Virus record (IMG/VR): IMGVR_UViG_2786546475_000015
Coordinates: 32,001 to 96,000 of that record
Direction: 5' to 3' (one strand)
Length of the DNA: 64,000 bases
DNA from: a virus
Lineage: Duplodnaviria; Caudoviricetes
In this document: in pieces, positions 35,422 to 44,651 of the stretch
How positions within the stretch are numbered: the first letter of the stretch is position 1
Layout of the letters: the number at the start of each line of letters is the position of its first letter
Program-made: the position numbers and the translations under genes
Notes under the pieces: model-generated
The model's input: only the letters and a program-made list of their open reading frames with translations
Told to the model about the DNA's origin: nothing
Database searches by the model: none

Positions 35422-36054
35422 TTACTTAGCACGTCCTATGGTTCTTGCGTTTTGATTACAGTAGATCATTATTCTACGCTTGAAATCCGCTTTACCTGAT
35501 TCAGTGTAAGGTAGACTATCGTACCACATGTAGACAACCATACCGCTATAAATATTGTTTAGATTGAACACTGGACAACTATAACGGTAAGCCGCTTGCA
35601 TCTGTCTAGATGTGTGTACGATCCCGTTTGAACCTTCTTCTGAATACGGAGAACCTAAAACGTGTGACTGGTATTCTGGTGTTACTTTCGATACAGCCAT
35701 ACCGTAGAGATCATTTGAGGACATTCTATTAGGAAGTTCACCTTCGAACGCAACGATATCTAAATATTCGTTGATATTGATAGGTCTATATTCCAAAACC
35801 ATAACACTATCTGGATTGATAAGAGCGTACGCACTTTGTACTTGTTCTTTAACAACCGTGTTATATTTTTCTTGTCGTTTTTGTTTGATTTCTTGGTATA
35901 CAGTATCTACCCGACTGTCAAATATTCCTTGTATGATTTGTTTATGGCTTGTCCAAACGATAAATACAAATACAAGGACTATTGCTATAAACATTCGGGT
36001 TAGCAACACCTTTGGGCGATCACCGCTTAACAATTGTGATAATAATTCTTTCAT
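35422..36054 (-). CDS. t: Holin T
   Basis: Single N-terminal TM. Periplasmic domain YSCPVFNLNNIYSG...C.Q.AR.IGRAK matches T4 T. Confidence 0.92.
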   Translation of the reverse strand: MKELLSQLLSGDRPKVLLTRMFIAIVLVFVFIVWTSHKQIIQGIFDSRVDTVYQEIKQKRQEKYNTVVKEQVQSAYALINPDSVMVLEYRPININEYLDIVAFEGELPNRMSSNDLYGMAVSKVTPEYQSHVLGSPYSEEGSNGIVHTSRQMQAAYRYSCPVFNLNNIYSGMVVYMWYDSLPYTESGKADFKRRIMIYCNQNARTIGRAK

Positions 36055-36075
36055 TTTTATTCTTATGGTTATTGT

Positions 36076-36880
36076 ATGTTTAAATCAAATCTTAAAAATT
36101 CACTAGATAATGTGTGTACTCTTATTTATGGTCGTAGTGTAGAGGATCATGTAGGCGACGACTTACCACAAGCGGTTATGGAATTTGCTTATTTAATGAG
36201 CAAAGACTACAAAATGTCGCGAACTAAGCTACCAACCGACTATAAAGTAATCAAAACAGCTTGCGAACACTACAATAAAAGTGGTAAGCTACGTACACAT
36301 TACGAGGTAACTTAATGAACTATAATAAATATTTAGATATTTATCTAAAAATAGGCACAATAATTAGCACGATAACAGCATCTTCTGTTTATATTAATTC
36401 AAAGCTATTTATTTTATCTGTATCAGTCTATATTTTGACTGCGTTTGCTATGGTATTTTTGGCAAGTCCGATATTAAAACAATTTAAAATACCGAAATCT
36501 CATACGTCACTAGAAAGTATGGTTAATTTATATTCTACTAATAAAGTAAATCCACTAGTTTATATGACGATTGCATTTATTATTGAAGCGCTAATTTTAG
36601 TTGGTGCGTTGAGAATTTTTTGGGGTTAATTATGAAATTAGAACAAGGTTATGGTACTATCCAAGATGATTACCGTGGAATGGGATATGTACTAAAAGAT
36701 GGTAATTTGGTATTAGAACGTGTAGAATTCGAACGCGGTACACGATTATTTGCGGTAGTAGAACGAGACGAGAAAACAAGAAAAATTAGTTCTAGTCTAC
36801 GAAATGATGATACAACACAACGTGTACGCGTAAATGGAAATGTCTTTGATAAAAATAATAAAGTGAGATTAGTTAAATAA
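36076..36880 (+). other. Three hypothetical ORFs (36076-36315; 36315-36629, membrane protein; ~36632-36880)
   Basis: Stop/start-overlapping ORFs leading into asiA. Confidence 0.6.
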
Positions 36881-37122
36881 TGAATAAACGATTAGAATTA
36901 GTTTTAGATATTGTAGCTGTTGTCAAAATTTTAATTCGTACGGAAATGGATCATATAATTGACGAGAAGAATTTATTCATAGAATTTTTAAATGAATCTG
37001 GATTTAGGACATTAGGCGGCAAAGAATTTACAGTAGCTAACTACAATATCATGATGAAAAGATTGAAACCCTACGAAATTTCAATTATTAAGGGATATTG
37101 TGAGGGTGAATTATTGGTATAA
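36880..37122 (+). CDS. asiA: Anti-sigma70 protein AsiA
   Basis: MNK.LE.V.DI..V..ILI.....I......FI.FLNE.G matches the T4 AsiA N-terminus; located near the fibre and holin genes. Confidence 0.85.
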   Translation: MNKRLELVLDIVAVVKILIRTEMDHIIDEKNLFIEFLNESGFRTLGGKEFTVANYNIMMKRLKPYEISIIKGYCEGELLV

Positions 37123-37123
37123 G

Positions 37124-37147
37124 AAAGGGGCTTAACGCCCCTTTTAT
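37124..37147. terminator. Bidirectional terminator between convergent asiA and the tail-fibre operon
   Basis: aaaggggc-ttaac-gccccttt with A/T runs on both sides. Confidence 0.8.
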
Positions 37148-37398
37148 TTTACTTCATCGATTTTTGATTTAGTATCTGTTGTATAGAAATTGAATATAAA
37201 GCGATAGTTAAGCGATAAAGCACCGATAATACCAGTAATCGCTACACCTTCACCTATACTCGCGGGTTCACTGTTAGTAACCCATTCCAATACGTAATAT
37301 ATCATCCAGCTATTAAATATTAATCCCGATATAGAGATTAATTTCAATTCTTTTATAACCTTAGATATTGCTTTTAGTATTTTATCTAACCTATTCAA
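37144..37398 (-). CDS. Small two-TM membrane protein (possible holin-like)
   Basis: Two hydrophobic segments with charged termini; last gene of the fibre operon. Confidence 0.55.
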   Translation of the reverse strand: MNRLDKILKAISKVIKELKLISISGLIFNSWMIYYVLEWVTNSEPASIGEGVAITGIIGALSLNYRFIFNFYTTDTKSKIDEVK

Positions 37399-37407
37399 TA
37401 TACCCCC

Positions 37408-38055
37408 TTATAAACCGCCACTTGGTGTACCTACGGTTACTTGTAGGTTTACGTCTGTTGTTATTTCAGTTGATGAATTATTCAATTCACGCAAATGAAC
37501 CCTAACATTAATATCGTTTGGGAATCCTTGTGTACTATTAGAATTTAACTGTACACTCACATCACCGCTAGTTGGTCTATACCAAGAAGGCGCTCCATTC
37601 ACGTATACAGAATTTGGTGTGTTATTACCAAGTAGTTCGAAGTATAATTGAGTATTATTAGCCCTAGCAACCGAACCATCCCAACGACCAAGATTAATTT
37701 CTGAACTTTCAGTGCGTTGGTTAATTTGACCATTTTGCTTCATAATCAATTCTATTAACGTATAAGTGTTAGTAGAATTAGAACTTTGCATAAAGCTAGG
37801 AATGTCCGATAAATCACCATCCCATGTAACAACACTACCTTCTTCTGCGAATAATTGACCTAAATCAGTACCATCGGCGCGTTGATATCCCGTAGTACCA
37901 AAAGCCGATCCTTGTGAGACACGTTCAAAACGATTGGCTACGTCATTACCATTCGACATGACGTAACCAGTATCGGGTATCGGTGATGTTAACGTACGTA
38001 GTTCGAAAATATCATCAAAATCTCGACCATCATTTATTTTGTATTCAGTTGCCAT
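37408..38055 (-). CDS. Putative fibre-tip adhesin (gp38 position)
   Basis: Immediately downstream of the distal fibre; three N-terminal Y...xG.D....F repeats followed by a beta-rich domain. Confidence 0.6.
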   Translation of the reverse strand: MATEYKINDGRDFDDIFELRTLTSPIPDTGYVMSNGNDVANRFERVSQGSAFGTTGYQRADGTDLGQLFAEEGSVVTWDGDLSDIPSFMQSSNSTNTYTLIELIMKQNGQINQRTESSEINLGRWDGSVARANNTQLYFELLGNNTPNSVYVNGAPSWYRPTSGDVSVQLNSNSTQGFPNDINVRVHLRELNNSSTEITTDVNLQVTVGTPSGGL

Positions 38056-40441
38056 TAAACATACCTTTTACTTTATCAATAATTAATCGAATTAAAGAAC
38101 GGTTTTTGAATTCTTCTAATTCTTTCTGTAACACGTCTAGTCGTCTTGATGTTTCAATCGAATGCAATGTACCAAGTTTACCGTAATCTACGGTTAGATA
38201 GCCATTCTCGCTTTCTGACACGACTTCTGGATATATTTTCTGTACGTCTTGGGCGATTACACCAACATCGTACTTACCAGCGTCATCTTTTTCTACATTT
38301 TTATCCCAAATCCATTGTTTTGAATTTAGTTTTCTGTTAGACTTAGGTGTATAATTGCTAATGTTGTGCTTTAATTTTTCGTCAGACGAAATTTTAAAAC
38401 CAGAAGCTTCTACATTAAACCTAAATTCCCATGTATTATTAGTGACATAGTTACGCGCTGTCCAATAATCATTACCTAGATACGTTCTATATAACGCTAT
38501 TTGGTTATCACCCGCGCCTGATAATTGGTTATTACCCGCATATTCTATACCACCACCATGTGATGTTTGACGACCTACGAATAAACGACCTGAATCTGGA
38601 CTACTGTTACCGTAAATACCTAAAAATGAATTCGACGTAGATTTAATACGAACATCTGTATCAGAACCGTTATCTACTGATAAATTAGTATTGAACTCAG
38701 AAGCGTTGCGACCAATAACAGCAAATCTAGTACCACCACGCCATAAATATAGTCCTTCACCAGCGGATGTAGCACTATCGTTATTGTCACGCAACCAAGT
38801 AATACCGTATTGGTTAGAACTAGCAGACCAACCCGGACCAGCCGCGCCACCAGAATAACTATCACCGATAGAGAATATATTACCACCCCATGTAGATCCA
38901 CTACCAGAGTTATATCCATAACCACCAGTGAAGCCATATCTCATAGCTAGTTGAGTGCTATTAAAGTTACGACTAATACGATTATCCGCTAAATATCCAC
39001 TTGATATATTGCTCGCATCTAATTGAGTAAGTTGGCTACCATTACCATTGAATGTACCATTGAACGTACCACCACTGAATGTTGATGATACGACACGATT
39101 AGCGGTTAAATCGCCGTCTAAATCAATACCCGCATTAGAATCTGAACTAGGCGCACCAGTATTGTTACTAAAATACCAAATACCATCACGAACAAATGTA
39201 CGTAAACCACTATTGTTAGTGTTATCGTCATAATCGTTAAGATAAATGTATTTACCAAGATACGAGTTTGTTGTACGTGTTACGCTATTATCTACGGATA
39301 ATGTTCTATTAGCGCTTAAATTACCGCCACCAGATAAACCAGAACCAGCGGTAATCGTTCTTGTTTGTCGAACATATCTACTATCGCTTTCTGCGATAGA
39401 GAAAACTTCTAAATTAGAACGTGCGCCCGCTACACTCGAAGCCCCTGTACCACCGTTCGGAATAGATAAATCAGTACCAGACCAATTACTGTTATTAATC
39501 GTATCTTGTGTCGATAAATCACCAAGATTTAAAGCGTTACGCGCACTTGATGAAGTTGTACCCAACGCTAATTGGTTGCTATCATCCCAAACTTTACGCC
39601 AACCATCCCAAGTACCACCACTTGACATGTTGAAATACATACTCTTAGAACCATTACGAGATATGGCTATTAGGGCATTAGCGTCATCATTATTACTAAA
39701 ACTTAGAACTCTAGATACTTCACTAGCGTAACTATTGGTTGTATTAGTATCGGTAGATCCAAATCCAGCATAACCGATATTAAAATAATCTGATATATAC
39801 GGCGAACCTTGGTTACCAATACCAAATGAACCATTCACTAATAACTCATTATTACCAGTACCTACATCATAAGTAGCCGCATTACCAAGATTTAAATTAG
39901 CGTAAACATCGTTTAAATCGGTAATATCGCTTAAATTATTGTCAGCATTTAAATATCTGTTATCTGATTCAGTTCTTGTGTATAATTGAGACGATGAATA
40001 TGTTTCCGATTTACTATATACATCTAAATTAGTACGCGCTTGAGATTTACTACCCAAGTCATTTAAATTTTGAGACGTATTTAGGTAATTATCGTCTGAT
40101 TCAGTCTTAGAATATACACCGATAGCATTTCTGAAACCGCTATCAGTTGTTTGCGTTAATACAGAACGTGTGAATGTACTTGTACGCGCATTAAAGAAAT
40201 CTGTTGTTCTCAACGCGGTCATATACACATTATCAGTACCCGCTTGAGCTTGAGCTTGTGTAGCTACTGAATAATTCTGTAAATTAGAAAGACCTACATC
40301 GGCTTGTGTAGGTTTATCAAATTCGGTATAAACTTTATGGTCGTTGTAAAACAACGAATCACCATCTGGAAGAAACGGTAAATTACCGCCGCTCCAGATG
40401 GTGTTGCCACCGATTGTTGTATTTAATTTTAAATCACTCAT
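38045..40441 (-). CDS. Distal long tail fibre B (gp36-like head, gp37-like shaft, intramolecular chaperone)
   Basis: The N-terminus MSDLKLNTTIGGNTIWSGGNLP...KVYTEFDKP matches T4 gp36. C-terminal SSDEKLKHNI...GVIAQDVQ..YPE.V...VDY is an S74-type chaperone. Confidence 0.88.
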   Translation of the reverse strand: MSDLKLNTTIGGNTIWSGGNLPFLPDGDSLFYNDHKVYTEFDKPTQADVGLSNLQNYSVATQAQAQAGTDNVYMTALRTTDFFNARTSTFTRSVLTQTTDSGFRNAIGVYSKTESDDNYLNTSQNLNDLGSKSQARTNLDVYSKSETYSSSQLYTRTESDNRYLNADNNLSDITDLNDVYANLNLGNAATYDVGTGNNELLVNGSFGIGNQGSPYISDYFNIGYAGFGSTDTNTTNSYASEVSRVLSFSNNDDANALIAISRNGSKSMYFNMSSGGTWDGWRKVWDDSNQLALGTTSSSARNALNLGDLSTQDTINNSNWSGTDLSIPNGGTGASSVAGARSNLEVFSIAESDSRYVRQTRTITAGSGLSGGGNLSANRTLSVDNSVTRTTNSYLGKYIYLNDYDDNTNNSGLRTFVRDGIWYFSNNTGAPSSDSNAGIDLDGDLTANRVVSSTFSGGTFNGTFNGNGSQLTQLDASNISSGYLADNRISRNFNSTQLAMRYGFTGGYGYNSGSGSTWGGNIFSIGDSYSGGAAGPGWSASSNQYGITWLRDNNDSATSAGEGLYLWRGGTRFAVIGRNASEFNTNLSVDNGSDTDVRIKSTSNSFLGIYGNSSPDSGRLFVGRQTSHGGGIEYAGNNQLSGAGDNQIALYRTYLGNDYWTARNYVTNNTWEFRFNVEASGFKISSDEKLKHNISNYTPKSNRKLNSKQWIWDKNVEKDDAGKYDVGVIAQDVQKIYPEVVSESENGYLTVDYGKLGTLHSIETSRRLDVLQKELEEFKNRSLIRLIIDKVKGMFNGN

Positions 40442-42897
40442 TTAAAAACCCTTTTTATTTTATTTATCAGAGTTTTAATTAAAGAACGGTTTTCCAGTTC
40501 TTCAATACGCTTAGTTAATTGTTCTACGGTTTCTTTTAGTTCTATCGAGTGATGTACACCTAATCGACCGTAATCTACTGATAAATAACCTGTTTCTTTA
40601 TCTTCGCTAACGCATGTTGGGTAATATTTCTGTACGTCTTGAGCGATTATACCAGTATCGTATTTTTCTCTAATAGACTTAGCAACGTATTCGCTATTAC
40701 TCCAATACCAAGATTTTAAACGAATACCGTCATTAACGGTTAAATCGGTTTGTTCATCTTTTAATCGAGTATCGGAACTAATTTTAAATGATGTAGCATT
40801 AATTCTATCCGTAAAGAATAAACCACCACTAGCCGCAGTAACTTTGATATAATCACTACCATCATACCAAGCTTGTCTAAAGTTACTTGTACTACCACTA
40901 CTAGTTCTACCGTATATATGTAATCTAGCTTTATCACCATCCTCGCTACGGGAATCCATTTGTTGGTGAGCGCTATCAGAACCACTAACATCAAATTCTA
41001 AAGTACCAGTAATAGCACCACCACTAGTTGAAATAGCCCCTATTTCGCTAGGTTTAGGTTTATTGCCTGTATGATACATTTCATACCAATCACCCCAATT
41101 ACCAGAATAATAACCACGCATAAACCAACGTGGAGTAGTACCGTATGTTTGGTATTGTTGGGTAACACCAGCCGATTTTTGTACTAATAAAGAACCAGCG
41201 TGACCGTATGGATAAGAAGAATTAGTATCCGCATTTTCATTTTGAAAATAAAAACCAACCGAGCTATCGGTGTTTAAGTTATTTAAATTCGTGGATTCTA
41301 AATCAGTAGCATTAAATGGAATAGAATTATTACTTAAATTATTATTAGATATAGTACCCGAAATATTACTTGCTTGTAAGTTTGTTATTCCAGAACCATT
41401 ACCGTTAAAACTATTTGCAATTAATTCACCAGAACTAGTCAAAGATAATAAAGTATCCCAAGATATAGCGCTACCAGAATTACCGCCGCTACCATATTTC
41501 ATTTCCCATATAGGATCGCCTGTTACACCTAAATCCCAAAAGAAAGCCTGTTCACTACTTACCAAATAAGTTTCATCGTTTCCATTTGTCGCGTTCCATT
41601 TTAATTGTATTCTACCATTACCATCTTGAACACTAAGTAAAGCAGACGAAGTACCACCCACTAACTCTATTGTATCGCTATTTTTACCAGTTCGGTTATC
41701 TCCACCCAAAGTGATATTATCGAAATCTACATTACTACTTGTATTCAGTGATTGATTTGCGAAATTAGTCATACTAGTTGTTATTGTAGGTAATCGGTTT
41801 GATACGATAGTACCGCTAACAATATCACTTGCATCGTGAGTATGACTTAAATCAGTGGTTAAATCACCATAATTCAAACGGTCTAAAATTAAAGTACCAT
41901 TACCACTACCCGAAACACCAACAATACGACCATCATATGCAGTAATCCACTGATTAACGTTAGTATTACTAAACGGTAAATTAGAATAAGAAACAGTACC
42001 AACTAAATTATCAACACTTAAATCAGTTAGACCAGAACCGTTACCAGAAAAAAATGATCCAGATAAAGCCAAAATTTCACCAGAACTGGCGATTTTTAAT
42101 CGCTTCTCTAATCCATGTTCACCTGATGATGTACCAGTTGGCGTAGTCCAAAAAGATATAGACATAGCACCAGTATTATTACTAGAAAATGTTTGTTCTG
42201 CTTCACCTATTACAGCCGCACCGAAACGAGGAACTAAAGGACTCAAATCATTATCAGTACTACCAAATTTAATCGCGGGTGTATATTTACTTGTTGTATT
42301 AGCGCCACCCATTAATAATTCTAGACCATAATCCGTACCATCAAAACTTTGACTACCATTTAAAGGGTTATTAATTTTTACAGAACCTTGAGTCACGTCA
42401 AAGTTCATTCCATTATTTACGGTCTGTTCTCCCGAAGTACGTAAGACGGTAGAATCAATACTAATAGTTCTATTCGCTTCTAGACTACCACCACCATTTA
42501 AACCATCACCAGCGGTAATAGTTCTTGTATCCAACGCATATTTATCGTCGGTTTCGGTTTTAGAATACACGCCTAAACGTGTACGCATAGCCGAATCTGT
42601 GTTATCCGTTAATAAAAGTCTTGAAAAGTTAGTTGTTTTTGATGTAAAATGATCACTAACACGTAACGGAGTCATATACAATGAATTACTTGTTCCTGTA
42701 ATCGCTTGGGTTTGATCCGCTACACCATAATTTAAGACATTAGAAAGACCTACATCGGCTTGTGTAGGCTTATCAAATTCGGTATAAACTTTGTGTCCTT
42801 CGTAAAACAAAGAATCACCATCTGGTAGTACGGGTAGATTTCCAGCACTCCAAATGGTGTTACCACCGATTGTAGAATTTAATTTTAAGTCACTCAT
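40284..42897. repeat. Direct repeat: 5' ends of the two fibre genes (40284-40441 and 42740-42897)
   Basis: ttagaaagacctacatcggcttgtgtagg(t/c)ttatcaaattcggtataaacttt is shared almost exactly; the copies are 2456 bp apart. Confidence 0.9.
40438..42897 (-). CDS. Distal long tail fibre A (gp36-like head, gp37-like shaft, intramolecular chaperone)
   Basis: Same gp36-like N-terminus; C-terminal SSDTRLK...GIIAQDVQ..YP..V...VDY chaperone. Confidence 0.88.
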   Translation of the reverse strand: MSDLKLNSTIGGNTIWSAGNLPVLPDGDSLFYEGHKVYTEFDKPTQADVGLSNVLNYGVADQTQAITGTSNSLYMTPLRVSDHFTSKTTNFSRLLLTDNTDSAMRTRLGVYSKTETDDKYALDTRTITAGDGLNGGGSLEANRTISIDSTVLRTSGEQTVNNGMNFDVTQGSVKINNPLNGSQSFDGTDYGLELLMGGANTTSKYTPAIKFGSTDNDLSPLVPRFGAAVIGEAEQTFSSNNTGAMSISFWTTPTGTSSGEHGLEKRLKIASSGEILALSGSFFSGNGSGLTDLSVDNLVGTVSYSNLPFSNTNVNQWITAYDGRIVGVSGSGNGTLILDRLNYGDLTTDLSHTHDASDIVSGTIVSNRLPTITTSMTNFANQSLNTSSNVDFDNITLGGDNRTGKNSDTIELVGGTSSALLSVQDGNGRIQLKWNATNGNDETYLVSSEQAFFWDLGVTGDPIWEMKYGSGGNSGSAISWDTLLSLTSSGELIANSFNGNGSGITNLQASNISGTISNNNLSNNSIPFNATDLESTNLNNLNTDSSVGFYFQNENADTNSSYPYGHAGSLLVQKSAGVTQQYQTYGTTPRWFMRGYYSGNWGDWYEMYHTGNKPKPSEIGAISTSGGAITGTLEFDVSGSDSAHQQMDSRSEDGDKARLHIYGRTSSGSTSNFRQAWYDGSDYIKVTAASGGLFFTDRINATSFKISSDTRLKDEQTDLTVNDGIRLKSWYWSNSEYVAKSIREKYDTGIIAQDVQKYYPTCVSEDKETGYLSVDYGRLGVHHSIELKETVEQLTKRIEELENRSLIKTLINKIKRVFK

Positions 42898-43046
42898 GTA
42901 TATTCCAAATCGTTATAGTTATTTTAATTTTTATTACTAAATCGAATTTTAACAGTTTCCTTTATATATAATTATTATAGGAATTACTGTTAAAAAATGC
43001 TTTAAAGCATAATGTTAATAGCGCCCTTGGCGCGTAAGCCGTAGGC

Positions 43047-44651
43047 TTACATTTCTGTATAATTTATTGCTTCTAATTTTCTAGTCGTAAACGACAATAA
43101 AGATACTTCTTTGATTACTGGTAATGCATATTTTACATCTGATGTAGTCGTGTTATCTTTATCAGAAACGTATATTTTTAATCCGTTTACACCACTAGTC
43201 ATTTGAAAAACTGAACTGTTATTAGGGTTGTCAATATCAAATTGTGATTCGTGATATCCTATTACCGAGTTTTTGAAATCGATTACATCGCCATTAGTCC
43301 ATGTATAAGGTAGAACCCAAAAATACATCAACTTATACGTATCACCAAAATCACTACTTGGTATGTTAACGGCTTCTGGATCTGTTACAGGAGAACCTAA
43401 ATCATCTAATAAATCGGCGGTGACACCATTATCAAACGCTTTAACACCCAATGAAACGCTACCAGAATCTTTAGTAGCTTTAACCCATATACCAATAAAA
43501 TAAGGTTTTGTATTATCTACTAAGCATTCACTAGCACTATTCAACGTTATAGAAGTATCTGTTTTGGTTACCGCTCTATCTTGATTATTGGTTAATACTT
43601 GATCGTTCCAATAAACATCCTCGATAACATCTTGTTCTAACTCAACACCACTATGAGCGTTGGCTTCTAAATCAGAATCTTCATACCAATCGGTATCAAA
43701 AATATCATGTCCATGTACGTTTTGTGATACTTTACTACTGTATATACCTTTTGAACTTATAATTGTATCTTCTGGTATCGGACTAAACCCATTGTGTAAA
43801 CCAATTTGGATACTATCAATTTTTGCAGTACCCGAACCTGTATGAACCGTTCTAACAACAATACGATTAGTACCTGTTGGTGTGTCGTAAATGATGTTAT
43901 AAGATTGCCACAAATCAATAGAATCACATGTAAATGACATAACATCCAATGATGTAGTATTATCAAAAAACTCTATCTCTAATGATACGATTGTGTTAAT
44001 ATCATTCTTCATAAACGCACTAGCGGTGATGTAACTATCGTTGTTTATCGCTTTATCAACTAATACCGTGTTAGATGAATATTCGGTGTCATCTTGATAT
44101 ATAGGCTTACCAAATCCGTTATCACCTAATTCGTTTATATTCTTGAACGTAGTTGATAAAGTAGCCGTAGGACTTGTTGAAGTCGTACCACTAACAGATT
44201 CATATACAAAACCGAATGTACCATGACAAATAGCTGAATAACATGTCTTAGGTTTACGATTTAAAAAGTTAGTACCTAACCATTTCCATGAACCTAGACG
44301 CTCAAATTCCGCATCAATTGATAGTGTACTACGAATACCTTTTGTACCGCCTGTCGCTAATAAAGCGATATGATCAGCGCCTAAATTTTGTAAACGACTA
44401 ATCAATGCGCTTCTAGCTGTTGTGTTATCGTAAATGTCGTATACACCGTCTGATAAAACATTCATAGACGAATCAAATACGACCATAGCTAATCCGTTTA
44501 AACTTGGATTACCATGTTCAGTACCGTTAATAAGCACTGAACGGCTACCATTCGAACCGTTCGTACCTACTACTTTTACAGAGTTGTCTATTTTGTTTTC
44601 ATCTAGTTTTACGGCTTTTATACCTGTTCTACTAAATTCTAAAAAACTCAT
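43047..44651 (-). CDS. 35: Long tail fibre hinge/knee connector
   Basis: Lies between gp34 and the gp36-like genes; its start overlaps the gp34 stop (TAATG); N-terminus resembles gp35. Confidence 0.75.
   Translation of the reverse strand: MSFLEFSRTGIKAVKLDENKIDNSVKVVGTNGSNGSRSVLINGTEHGNPSLNGLAMVVFDSSMNVLSDGVYDIYDNTTARSALISRLQNLGADHIALLATGGTKGIRSTLSIDAEFERLGSWKWLGTNFLNRKPKTCYSAICHGTFGFVYESVSGTTSTSPTATLSTTFKNINELGDNGFGKPIYQDDTEYSSNTVLVDKAINNDSYITASAFMKNDINTIVSLEIEFFDNTTSLDVMSFTCDSIDLWQSYNIIYDTPTGTNRIVVRTVHTGSGTAKIDSIQIGLHNGFSPIPEDTIISSKGIYSSKVSQNVHGHDIFDTDWYEDSDLEANAHSGVELEQDVIEDVYWNDQVLTNNQDRAVTKTDTSITLNSASECLVDNTKPYFIGIWVKATKDSGSVSLGVKAFDNGVTADLLDDLGSPVTDPEAVNIPSSDFGDTYKLMYFWVLPYTWTNGDVIDFKNSVIGYHESQFDIDNPNNSSVFQMTSGVNGLKIYVSDKDNTTTSDVKYALPVIKEVSLLSFTTRKLEAINYTEM

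Noticed and set aside
35547-35554. TATAAATA antisense late promoter inside holin t
   Set aside because: Several chance matches are expected in DNA this AT-rich, and there is no supporting context.
38045-42897. Diversity-generating retroelement or invertase shufflon acting on the fibres
   Set aside because: No reverse transcriptase or recombinase in the window; the repeats are direct, not inverted, and the differences are not adenine-specific.
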